Below, piece after piece: positions 50,063-61,076 of a stretch of DNA of 64,000 bases. A program made the translations under genes and the position numbers. The stretch spans positions 107,074,001-107,138,000 of the forward strand of contig NC_042997.1 of the NCBI RefSeq assembly GCF_006345805.1, given 5' to 3'. Below the pieces are notes generated by a model, which searched no databases, was not told the DNA's origin, and worked only from the letters and a program-made list of their open reading frames with translations. The number at the start of each line of letters is the position of its first letter. The stretch's first letter is position 1. The stretch is from Octopus sinensis. Taxonomy: Eukaryota.

Positions 50063-51691
50063 CTACCCTTTTCCTTTCACCCCTGTTTGAATATGTTTAT
50101 GTCTTTTGAAGTCAGTACTTTGAGAGAATGATTTACCACAGACATCACAGTGATATGGCTTCTCTCCTGTATGAGTACGTTTGTGTATAGATACAGCACT
50201 CTGTTGAATGAATGATTTACCACAGATATCACAATGATATTGCCTCTCTCCTGTATGAATAGGTTTGTGTTTCTTTAAGTCATTACTTTGAGAGAATGAT
50301 TTACCACAGATATCACAATGATATGGTTTCTCTCCTGTATGAAGACGTATGTGTTTTGTTAAGTTACTATTGTCAGAGAATGATTTACTACAGAAATCAC
50401 AATGATACGGTTTCTCTCCAGTATGAATATATTTGTGTGTAGATAAGTGACTACTGTTAGAGAATGATTTACCACAGATATCACAATGATACGGTTTCTC
50501 TCCAGTATGAAAACGTATGTGTTTTGTTAAGCTATTATTGTAAGAGAATGATTTACCACAGATATCACAATTATATGGTTTCTCTCCAGTATGAATATAT
50601 TTGTGTGTAGATAAGTGACCATTGTTAGAGAATGATTTACCACAGATATCACATTGATATGGTTTCTCTCCTGTATGAATACGTTTGTGTATAGATAAGG
50701 CACCACGTTGAGAGAATGATTGACCACAGATATCACAATATGACCTCTCTCCTGTATGAGTACATTTGTGCACTGCAACCTGACTACTGTTAGAGAATGA
50801 TTTACCACAGATATCACAATGATATGGTTTCTCTCCCGTATGAAGACGTACGTGTTTTGTTAAGTTACTACTGTCAGAAAATGATTTACCACAGATATCA
50901 CAATGATACGGTTTCTCTCCAGTATGAATATATTTGTGTGTAGATAAGTGAACACCGCTAGAGAATGATTTACCACAGATATCACAGTGGTATGATGTCT
51001 CTCCTGTATGAATACGTTTGTGTTTAGATAAAGTACCACGTTGAGAGAATAATTTACCACAGATATCACAATGAAATGGTTCCTCACCAGTATGAATACA
51101 TTTGTGTCTTGAAAATTGACTACTGTCAAATGATTTACCACAGATATCACAGTGGTATGATGTCTCTCCTGTATGAATACGTTTGTGTTTAGATAAAGTA
51201 CCACGTTGAGAGAATAATTTACCACAGATATCACAATGAAATGGTTCCTCACCAGTATGAATACATTTGTGTCTTGAAAATTGACTACTGTCAAATGATT
51301 TACCACAGATATCACAGTAATATGGCTTCTCACTAGTATGAATATGTCTGTGTCTTAATAAGCTATTACTGTAAGGGAATGATTTACCACAGATATCACA
51401 ATGATATGGTTTTTCTCCCGTATGAAAACGTGTGTGTTTTGTTAAGTTACTATTGTCAGAGAATGATTTACCACAGATACCACAGTGATATGGTTTCTCT
51501 CCAGTATGAATATGTTTGTGTGTAGATAAGTGACTACTGTTAGAGAATGATTTACCACAGATATCACAATGATACGGTTTCTCTCCAGTATGAATACGTA
51601 TGTGTGTTGTTAGGGTACTACTTGCAGAGAATGATTTACCGCAGATAACACACTGATATGATTTCTCTCCCGTATGAATATGTTTGTGCAT
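50063..51691 (-). CDS. Tandem C2H2 zinc-finger protein, 542 aa (18 complete fingers plus one degenerate)
   Basis: Uninterrupted ORF of CDICGKSF..H...H with TGEKP-type linkers; the last finger ends HKHIQ. The true start is uncertain. Confidence 0.93.
   Translation of the reverse strand: MHKHIHTGEKSYQCVICGKSFSASSTLTTHIRIHTGEKPYHCDICGKSFSNSSHLSTHKHIHTGEKPYHCGICGKSFSDNSNLTKHTRFHTGEKPYHCDICGKSFPYSNSLLRHRHIHTSEKPYYCDICGKSFDSSQFSRHKCIHTGEEPFHCDICGKLFSQRGTLSKHKRIHTGETSYHCDICGKSFDSSQFSRHKCIHTGEEPFHCDICGKLFSQRGTLSKHKRIHTGETSYHCDICGKSFSSGVHLSTHKYIHTGEKPYHCDICGKSFSDSSNLTKHVRLHTGEKPYHCDICGKSFSNSSQVAVHKCTHTGERSYCDICGQSFSQRGALSIHKRIHTGEKPYQCDICGKSFSNNGHLSTHKYIHTGEKPYNCDICGKSFSYNNSLTKHIRFHTGEKPYHCDICGKSFSNSSHLSTHKYIHTGEKPYHCDFCSKSFSDNSNLTKHIRLHTGEKPYHCDICGKSFSQSNDLKKHKPIHTGERQYHCDICGKSFIQQSAVSIHKRTHTGEKPYHCDVCGKSFSQSTDFKRHKHIQTGVKGKG
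50964..51318. repeat. Perfect 165-bp in-frame tandem duplication (two fingers)
   Basis: Units start at 50964 and 51129; fingers 5-6 are repeated as 7-8. Confidence 0.92.
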
Positions 51692-52157
51692 AATTGGGTT
51701 ACTTTTTCGAAAAAAGGATTTGCACAGATACCTCAGTCATATGATCTCATCTCTTTTATGAGGTGTTAAGGGGAAAATCTATTCTATAATTTTTTTCTCT
51801 CTCTTTTCTGTTACTTTTCCTCTCAAATCCCAGTTAATATATTTTTCTTGCTTTTGTTTTTATACTTTGTTCCTTACATACACTTCTGCTGCTGTATTTC
51901 TGTCCAATGTTACCTTTGTTTAGCAACACTTTCATAAATTTATCCAACTTTAATCAGCACACAGTCTTATCTTCTTGACAACTCTAGTCAGCAATGTTCA
52001 GAAATTTGGCTAATAATATTATTTCAGAGCAAAAGTTTCAGAGGAATTCTTCCACAGATTTGTAAAAACCACGTTATGCATCTGTTTTGTATAATATTTT
52101 CCTTTAGTCTTTAAAACACGGTAGATATTGAGGATGCTTCTTCTGTCATCTGATGTT

Positions 52158-52175
52158 CTGAAATTATAGAGAAAC
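52158..52175 (-). other. Putative splice acceptor of the zinc-finger exon
   Basis: Minus strand reads tttctctataatttcag|aacatc; the exon would start at 52157. Confidence 0.5.
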
Positions 52176-54680
52176 AGCAGTGTAAAGTGTAGAGGCTACT
52201 TATAAAATAGAGATTCAATTCTATGGAGATAAACTGCAGAAACAAACATTTACTTTAACGAAGGAGTTCCATAAAGAAATGCCAATCTCTCAAAGTAGAT
52301 GGAAGTGGGACACCCAAGAAGATATGGGAGAGTTTCAGGTGATATGATAAAGACAAAGATGCCTGGCACCCAGCTGTACCCAAGAAGACCTGTACTCCTC
52401 AGAAATATTCAGACTCATCCGTCTGGTGGCAAAAAACACTTGTGACCTTTCTTCATAAAAGCAGATGTGCAGTGCCATGTCAAAGTGGCACCACATAAAA
52501 GCAACATGTGAACTGTGAGGTGGTTGGCATGAGGAAGGGCATTTAGCTCTCGGAACCATAAAAATTCACACTGGAGTGTGCTGCAACTCCCCAGCTTGCC
52601 AACCCAGCTCAAACCATCGAATCGCTTCCAGTATAGACAACATATATCAAAAGATGACAATGAACTTCATTTATTAAAATTTACATCATAGAATATTGTG
52701 TGAAGCTTCTATATTTGTAAACTCCACTGACACCTTCACATTGTGTAAGAGTTTTAAAATAAAACTACAGAATGGTGGACACTAACATTAATCTTTCTCC
52801 AGAAATATAACTTGACATTGTTGTTTAGATCCAGGTCAGTTCTCACAGGAGCAGACATGTGATCATAGACATTCCATCCATGAACATCCTGTCTATTTCT
52901 CTAACATTCTATATCTATAATTATGTCATTCAATACAGTCTTCAATATTTGTAACCCATAGGAGAAATTGAAGAGAAATGTGCTGTTATTTCTAGTAGGT
53001 CATGTTGTCACATGGAGAACTGCTGGAACTACATTTTTTATGATAGATGAAGCAAGAATAAACATTAATGAATGATGAAAAGCCAAGAAAATTAGGTAAA
53101 AAAAATTTGAACAACTTTGTTTTCCAACCATGTGATTTCAAGTTCAGTCTCACAGAGCAGCACCTTGAGCAAGTGTCTTCTTTAATAGCAGCAGTGCATC
53201 TAAAGCCATCTGAGTGGATTTCATACACAGAAACTCAAAGAAGGTAGTCCTGTGTGTTTTTGTGTCTTCATATCACTTAACACATGTCAATGCACATCAA
53301 CATGAAAATATGTGCAGACATGGGGAAATATTACCTTGCTTGGAAACTAGTGAGGGTTCACAAGAAGAAGGCCATCTGGCAGAAAAACGTCTGCCTGACC
53401 CACAAAAGAATGGAAAAGTGGTTTTTCTTAGCGGGTACTTGTTTTGCACATCATTATCATCACCATCGTTTTATTGTGAAAATTTTTATGCTTGCATGAG
53501 TCAAATTCTTTTTCTGTACTATACACTTAAACGGGTAGGGTAAAAAAAACTCTTTTTAAACACACACACAAAAAAAGGCCATGAAATTGATGAAAATTGC
53601 TGAAGTATATATCCATCAATTAATTTTTGTTTGTGTCGATAAATTATTCTTTCATTTGTATCAGAAAAAAAGTTATGGTAAATTTTGATCCAATTCTCTT
53701 CCCCAGTCTCATCTGCAAATGAAACATCACTTAGGTATTATTTGATTCTTTCACTCGCACGATTTTGAGTAAGAAAAAAAAAATTCCAATGATTCCGGGA
53801 TATGGTGGGCGAACCCCCTCCCCACTTTTCGGAACAAAAATAAGAACTTTGCAGCATACTAGGAGGTCAGGGTACTTGATACCACGCAAAAAAATCCGAG
53901 TTTTTTTTTTTTTGTGGGGCCGGATTTGGTAGACAGAAACTGAAAGATCCCCGTCGTACACAAACACACACACGTGTGTGTGTGTTTGTGTCCCGTGACC
54001 GCTTGACAATCAGTGTTGCTGTATTTAGTTCTTCATAGCTTAATGATTCGTCAAAAGGCAACAACAGAATAAGAACTAGGCTAAAAAAAATAAGTTCTGA
54101 TGGCCATAGTCAGGTGATTGAATCAAGTAAAAGAGTAATTCCACATCATCGTCTTCCTTCTTCGTGAACATCCATCGTCCTTCTATAGTCTGTGTATGGA
54201 TGCTGTCATCATTTGGATCAACAAAACTGAGTGAATCGCTGACAATTTAACGGGGGTATACAAGTTGCCGAGACCCACACAGGAACACCCCAATCGAATA
54301 TCAAACGGGTTTCATGAAATATTCGTATATTACTGTCGCCACTTCTGGTTTCTATCGTAAAATACACTTTTTGAAGGACAATTTACTTTCATAGAATATA
54401 GATTTTTTATTTAACAACAGATTTTTAGGGAAAGAAAGAAAAAAACCATTAAAAGTATAAAAGATTAAACCCCCCGCCACCCATCTTCTACTGGTTAATC
54501 CTTTCCCACTTCTTTCGTTCCCTTTGTTTCGTTGGTGAAGTAATTCCCTTTTTCTTCTGTCGATTATTTCACCTTTTAATACTTTCTCTTTCACCATCTA
54601 AAAATATTTTGCCAAATAAGAATTTATATTTTATTAACGAACAAAAACAAATTCATCCTTTAACGACGGTAAACATTATT

Positions 54681-54882
54681 AGGCGCAACTTCGATATGGG
54701 TACCGGAAGTACCGGATACATTTCAAGAAAGTGTTTTTTTTTTTATATATATATGGGGGGTTAGGGTTTGTGTTATGGGTGGGAGAAAAGGGTTTCTGCT
54801 ATCTTCGGAAATGTAAACAAAACCACGTCCTTTACTTATGGTACCTATACCGACGGATCGCCCATAAGGCGAAGTTTCGCCT
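54681..54882. mobile_element. Possible small MITE
   Basis: aggcgcaacttcgatatggg pairs imperfectly with cccataaggcgaagtttcgcct. Confidence 0.45.
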
Positions 54883-55230
54883 GTGCTACTACAACCGAAA
54901 CTATGCCCCCCAGGCAATCGAAACTATGCCCCCCAAATTTTCAAATGAGTGGTGAAGATAATTTTTAAAAATCCCCCTCAAAATGAATAATATCCAACTT
55001 ATGTGGATGAGCTATTTCGACACTTGGCCTTATTTTTCAGCATAATTTTCAATCTACAGGTATGAGGAAATAAACTCGACGTGTATAAATTATCCACAAC
55101 CTCCATTCAGTTGTACTTTTCTTTTCACAACAAATTCCTACTTAATCCTTATCTCCACCATCTGAAAAGGTACTTTCAGAAAGTTATGAGGAAACAAATT
55201 ACTAGTTGGTTGGACACACATCGAAATTAA

Positions 55231-55402
55231 GGTACTATTTATAAAGAGTGGTCCCGGTGCGCGCACTCGCTCATTCGCGCTAGCTAGTCGTGACTAGTCG
55301 ATCCTACAACGACTATCTAGCAAAATAAATAAAAAACAAAAACAGAGAGTAAGCGCAGATGCGCGAGTACGCGCACCGGGACCATTCTTCTTAAATAGTA
55401 CC
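55231..55402. mobile_element. 172-bp hairpin MITE
   Basis: ggtactattta..agagtggtcccggtgcgcgcactcgc pairs with gcgagtacgcgcaccgggaccattct..taaatagtacc. Confidence 0.8.
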
Positions 55403-55549
55403 CGATAGTAATAGCGAGAAACAATCGATAAATTAAAATAAAGTATTGGTTTCCAAACATTTCAGTGGTTGGAAAGTATTTCGGAATATCTCTCAAACTA
55501 AAACACACAACAATCTAACCATGCAACGACGGAGAGGGCAGAAGGTAGC

Positions 55550-55990
55550 TTCCATAGCTAGAAATAGCAGCCAAATCACGAACAGATCATAGACATCTTT
55601 TTTCTATAGTTAGAAATAGCAGCCAAATCTCGCACAAATCATAAACATACCTCTTTCGTAGCTATAAATAGCAGCCAAATCTTGCACAAATCATGGACAT
55701 CTCGCATTCATAAAAGAGCGAAGAGGAGCAAAGAATTACGCGCCAAAAACCAAAAATAAAAAAAAAACATTGAATATTTTCATTGTTTAATACTTACGCA
55801 AATGTCTCGTAAAAGATAGTGTTATTTATATGTGTATGTGTTGGTTGAAAAATGCATCATAAGTCCTTATTTTAAGTATTATAAACATATCATTATTATT
55901 ATCAGCTGATTAAAAGAAATTCATTCAAAGGACATTTGACCGGAAGCCAATATCCTTGAAGCACGTTTAATGCGCATGCGTATTTCCCCT
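55550..55990 (-). promoter_or_regulatory. Putative promoter and first non-coding exon of the zinc-finger gene
   Basis: NRF1-type TGCGCATGCG at 55971-55980, ETS-type CCGGAAG at 55940-55946, minus-strand donor GTAAGTA at 55797; same strand as and upstream of the ZF exon. Confidence 0.55.
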
Positions 55991-56335
55991 CCTGTAATAT
56001 TCCAAACAGCAAAGTCTAATTATCTCCCTTTACCTATCTTTATATGCTTTTCTATTTTAGGCACAAGGCCCAAAATTTTGGATGAGGGTGTAGTACTCAA
56101 CAGGCCCTTAATTTATCGACCCTAAAAGGATTAAAGTCGATCTTTTATTTATTTATATTGAGAGCATTCAGTGTGCGTGCTGTCGTATTTCAAGTATATT
56201 CCGAAATGTTGTATCAGACTATGGATAATTAAATTATAACAGTTATTATAGTGCTCTGTTGTGCCATTCAAGACACTTTATTTTTTTACAAACAATACAC
56301 AATGCTTCAAGCGAACTACAATACTCTCCCATATA

Positions 56336-56728
56336 GGAGTGGCTATGTGGTAAGTAGCTTGCTTACGAACCACATGGTTCCGGGTTCAGTCCCACTACGT
56401 GGCACCTTGGGCAAGTGTCTTCTACTATAGTCTCGGGCAGACCAAAGCCTTGTGAGTGGATTTGGTAGACGGAAACTGAAAGAAGCCCGTCGTATATATG
56501 TATATATATATGTATGTGTGTGTATATGTTTGTGTGTCTGTGTTTGTCCCCCCAACATCGCTTGACAACCGATGCTGGTGTGTTTACGTCCCTGTAAACT
56601 AGCGGTTCAACAAAAAGAGCTCGATAGAATAAGTACTAGGATTACAAAGAATAAGTCCTGGGGTCGATTTTCTCGACTAAAGGCGGTGCTCCAGCACAGC
56701 CACAGTCACGTGACTGAAACAAGTAAAA

Positions 56729-56730
<2 letters not shown>
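56336..56730 (+). mobile_element. tRNA-derived SINE with CORE-like segment and microsatellite
   Basis: ggagtggctatgtggtaag..gggttcagtccc (A/B boxes), ccttgggcaagtgtctt, tail ctccagcacagccacagtc..gaaacaagtaaaag followed by (TA)n. Confidence 0.85.
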
Positions 56731-56800
<70 letters not shown>

Positions 56801-57035
56801 CAAATTGAGATAGGGGTTGCAAATTCAACCCTCCATATTTATATTTATATCTATTTATATTTATTTATTTATATCCTCTTATAATGATTGTACCAATTGT
56901 ATTGTATTACTCATTCATGTACGCTGTTTTGTTTAACCTTAATGTTCTTATGTAGTGGTTCAATAAAATATGTGATTGGGTATTATCTGGTAGTTGATTA
57001 ATGATTTAGATGTATTTCTCCATTTTCTGATTTTG

Positions 57036-57080
<45 letters not shown>

Positions 57081-57484
57081 CTAATGATATAAAAGTTTTA
57101 GTAAGAGTGTGGGAGAATGTTGGGTTGGAGAGAAGGCAGAAGAAGCAGTGTTTTATATAGATGCTTCTCGAAGTGTCCTTTCATTCACAACCGAAAAACT
57201 ATAAACTTTGAAGGACTTGCTTTCTGTTTCTAGAAAGATGTGAGAAAATATGTTGGTCTCTTTCTTTTATAAATTCTTCTCAATTGTCCTTCAAATTTTT
57301 ACATGACAAACATAGTGAATTGAAAGTCACACGGCTTCTGTTTCTAGAATGAAGAATACCACGTATGGGAAAAGATTTTAGAAATGTTTCTTAATGTCCC
57401 TTTTAATTATTTAATGAAAACAAATGCCAATTTGAGGGCAGTTGGCTGTTATTTCTAGCATAATGTGAAATCATGTTGAGGACA

Positions 57485-58100
57485 TGATTTTTCTTCCTTC
57501 ATTTCTCTCATTCTTTCCTTCTTTCATTTTCGTTATTTCTTTATTTTTCTTTCTGTTTTTCATTTCCTTCTTCTTACCCTTCATTCTCTTTTCTTTTCTC
57601 GCTCTTATCTCTCCTTCTCCTTTGCTTCTTTCCTCTTCCTTCTTTTTTCTCTCTCTCCCTCTCGCCCTGTTCTTATCTTTCTCTTTTTTTTCCTTCTTTT
57701 TTCCATCTTTCCTTCTTTCTTCCTTTCTTTCTTTCCGCTTTCATCCTTTCTATCTTACCTTCTTTTCCCTTTCTATTTTTTCTTTCTTTCCTTTCTTTCT
57801 ATCTCGCCTTCTTTCCTTTTCCTTTCTTTCTCCCTTCCTTTCTTTCTTTCTCGCCCTCGCTCTCATCTTTTTGTCTATTACGGAATCACTTCGCTTTCTT
57901 TCTTTCTTTCTTCCGCTCTCATTTCATGCATTATTACAGAATCACGTTACTTTATTCCTTCCCTCCTAGCTTCTTTCGTTCCTTCTTTATTCTCTTTTCT
58001 TTCTCTCTCTCTCATTCTCTTTCCTTCTTTTTACTCTCTCTCTCTCACTCTCTTTCATTCTTTCCTTCTTTTTACTCTCTCTCATTCTCTTTCTTTCTGC
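57485..58100. repeat. Polypyrimidine (CT/CTTT) low-complexity tract
   Basis: Base composition. Confidence 0.9.
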
Positions 58101-58129
58101 GATGGTGTGATGTCTTGAATTGAGCGTGA

Positions 58130-58795
58130 CATGAATTAAAGTGAGCGATGGTTGCACAATAGCATCTGGCTCACTCTCTCGGCCCTTCCTATGTGATTCC
58201 AGTTGAAGGATGAAGTCAAGAAAACTACAGACAGGTTGCAGTTCACCCTCCACAAAGCTTGCTGGTCCGTTGAGCCTGTCTAGTGGTTTCCTCAGCACAC
58301 TCAACCGGTTCACATCCTTAGGTAGACAAGCCCTAGACCACCAATGGTTAAAGGCCGTTTGCTACCCTTCCCATGGTTTACCCAGCCTGTGGAAGACGTG
58401 GCCCTGGGTGTGGATACTATTGCATGCAGATACCATTGATGACTCACAGATGAGAGGTGGGTGTCACAGGAGGACCAAAGCGGTTGGACTACTCCAAAGA
58501 ACATTACATATTCCCTTGACAGAGGTACTAATTGACCCAGATACATCTTGCACCCTAGAAAAGGATTACAAGGGCAAAGAAAGCTTGAATGATGCGGGTC
58601 CAAAACCGACTCTTTGCTTTCACACCCAGCAGACAACCATTGCCCGACCTGTGGCGGAAACTTCCCAGCACGTATCGGACTGGACGACCACTGCCGGACA
58701 CACCTTTACCCATCTCCTTCTCCCATGTAATGTATTTGGTCATCGTCGACAACGACGGAAGAACTAATACCCGCCTCTGACTTGCTATTCTCAAA
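58130..58795 (-). mobile_element. Decayed L1/Tx1-like LINE fragment (post-RT region)
   Basis: Minus-strand pieces such as KRPLTIGGLGL resemble the ..GGLGL motif downstream of L1-clade RT. Confidence 0.5.
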
Positions 58796-58807
58796 CGATG
58801 AAAAATG

Positions 58808-59200
58808 ACTCTCTCTCTCTCCTACCTGTCTCTGGCACCGTTGTGTCACCCGTCCCTCTCTTCCTGCCTGTTTGTCTCTCTCTCTCTCTCTCACTCGCAC
58901 TCTATCTCTGTCTTCCTCTCTCTTTCTTTCTCCTCTTTCACACTCTGTCTCCCTCTATCTCCCACTCTCTATCTTACTCATTCTCCATCTCTCTTTGTCT
59001 CTCACTCCCACTCTATCTCTGTCTTCCTCTCTTTCTCTTTCTTTCTCCTCTTTCTCTCTCTGTCCCTATCTGTCTCCCTCTCTCCCCCCTTCTCTTTCTC
59101 CCACTCTCTCTCTTACTCATTCTCCCTCTCTCCCCCCTTCTCTTTCTCCCACTCTCTCTCTTACTCATTCTCCCTCTCTCGGTTTGTCTCTCTCTCTCTC
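58808..59200. repeat. (CT)-rich minisatellite-like tract
   Basis: CT-rich, with a duplicated ~48-bp unit at ~59075-59178. Confidence 0.85.
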
Positions 59201-59709
59201 CAATGCCTGCCTGATAGCCAGCATAATTCCTCTCTCTGTGTTCCTGTTATTGCCCCGCGACTCGCAGTTTTCTATTTCCATCGAGCGACATCGAGAAACA
59301 AAACAATCAGATGGACACACTGAACAGAGCCAGCAACCAGAGAAGGGCGCTAATGAGGCTCCAGCTTGGGTTCGACAAATACTGATATCTTGACGTTGAA
59401 GATGCATATTCTGGTGGGTAGAACCATCTTTTCCGGCATCGTTCAGTTTTGATGATTTCCCGAGTTGTAAGAATTAGCACTTCCTTCTCAAAGCTTGGAT
59501 TCGAAATCAGACCCAAGAATCATTGGTCGTAAAATACCAATGCACAAAAAGGCGCGAAATCAGAATCTCTTTGTTCTGACAAAAAATGATGGATCGTCTC
59601 CCTTCGACCTCTGACCCGAGCAGGTCAGGCGAAGTTTAACAGGACGACCAGCGACCTACTGTACGCAATAACACTCTTGCGGTATATCTATTTTTCTGGC
59701 TATTTGAGA

Positions 59710-60052
59710 TGTTATAAATAGAACGGAGAAATAGGTAACCAGAGAGAAGCCGAACCAACGTTTAAGAGAACGTCACGCATTTATGAGGACGACGAAAGAA
59801 TATTCAGAAAGGTGACTCTGTCATGCATGATTTACACACACGCACACACACACACACCATCAAACATATTCTGCTTTAATGTGTATCCTGTATTATGCAT
59901 TCCTTTAATATGTATTATTTGCAACCACTATTTAATATGCATTTTGTACAAGCGATGTGTAACATTGCTTACAAATTGATGTAGTGATAATAAATCTTTA
60001 ATTTATTACAAAGCACTTATGTATTTATTAATACATCCACGCATCCACTACA
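59710..60052 (+). mobile_element. 5' LTR of the Gypsy element (start inferred)
   Basis: TGT...ACA, aataaa near 59989, PBS 2 nt downstream. The 3' LTR is outside the window, so the left edge is unconfirmed. Confidence 0.7.
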
Positions 60053-60054
60053 TT

Positions 60055-60065
60055 TGGTGACCCCG
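60055..60065 (+). other. Primer-binding site for tRNA-Trp
   Basis: TGGTGACCCCG is complementary to the tRNA-Trp 3' end (..CGGGGUCACCA). Confidence 0.8.
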
Positions 60066-60208
60066 TAAAACGAATCGCGCCTTCCCTGGAACCAGCTTCA
60101 TCAACCGCGTCGAAGAATTACAGTTTGCACATCACCAGCAACGAAGCAACTGAGAATTCCGACGAAAACAATGAATCTCCGGAACAAAACCCAGCGGCCA
60201 ACATCGAC

Positions 60209-61038
60209 ATGGCATTCCAAGCGGCGATCTCGTTAAAAATTCCACCATTCTGGACCCACGACCCGACATTGTGGTTTCACCATATAGAGGCACAGTTTGC
60301 CTCTCACAGAATATCGAGCGATGCGGCTCGACTTTCTCACGTTATCAGTTCTCTGTCACCAGAAATAACGAACGTGATACGCGACCTTATCATGGCACCA
60401 CCCGGTTCTGCTTCATATGAAGTTTTTAAAACCACGTTAATAAACAGAACCTCAGAATCCCAACAAAAAAGACTTCACCAGCTTCTGATATCGGAAGAAT
60501 TGGGTGACAAAACGCCGTCCCAGCTTCTTCGGAGAATGAAACAGCTTCTCGGAGATGAGACGCTCCCAGAAAAAATCTTCAAGCAACTTTTTCTCCAGCG
60601 TCTGCCCTCCAATACCCAGGTTGTTCTCGCGTCCACCAGAGAAAACACATCCCTTGAAGAACTGGCGGAGCTAGCTGACAAAATAGCCGAAGTACCGCAC
60701 AGATATCCAACGGTATCGACGGTGACGCCAGCCGCTCCCAGTACCAATCCTTTCCGTGCACAAACCAGTTCTTCAGAGATTTGCGTGCATTAATGACGCA
60801 GCAAGCTGCGCAAATACAAATTCTCACAGCCCAAATACAAGCCCTAAAGTTTAGTCCCCAGCGTCGAAGCACCAGCCGATCTCGACGAGATGGCAGACGG
60901 TCCCGAAGCCCTAGTGCTACCCGCGGCTCGCATGACACGTGTTGGTACCACCGAACATTCGGAACACGGGCACAAAAATGTACGGTACCGTGCTCGTTTT
61001 CCTCACCCAGTTCGGGAAACGGGACAGCCAGGAATTGA
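60209..61038 (+). CDS. gag: Gypsy (CsRn1-clade) Gag with one apparent frameshift near 60775
   Basis: [36 protein letters not shown], then in a shifted frame the CHCC knuckle [18 protein letters not shown]. Confidence 0.85.
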
Positions 61039-61076
61039 ACGCGACGGAAGTTCCTGGTTCGCACCCACACAGTCGC
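61014..61076 (+). other. -1 programmed ribosomal frameshift signal (G GGA AAC plus predicted pseudoknot)
   Basis: Heptamer in gag phase, 6-nt spacer, stem 1 61027-61036/61049-61058, stem 2 GCGAC 61041-61045 / GTCGC 61072-61076. Confidence 0.8.

Noticed and set aside
50527-51333. Alternative-frame ORFs (ISVVNH repeats) within the zinc-finger gene
   Set aside because: Typical off-frame shadow of C2H2 arrays.
57484-59393. Phe/Leu/Ser-rich membrane-protein-like ORFs
   Set aside because: Translation of CT-rich low-complexity tracts.
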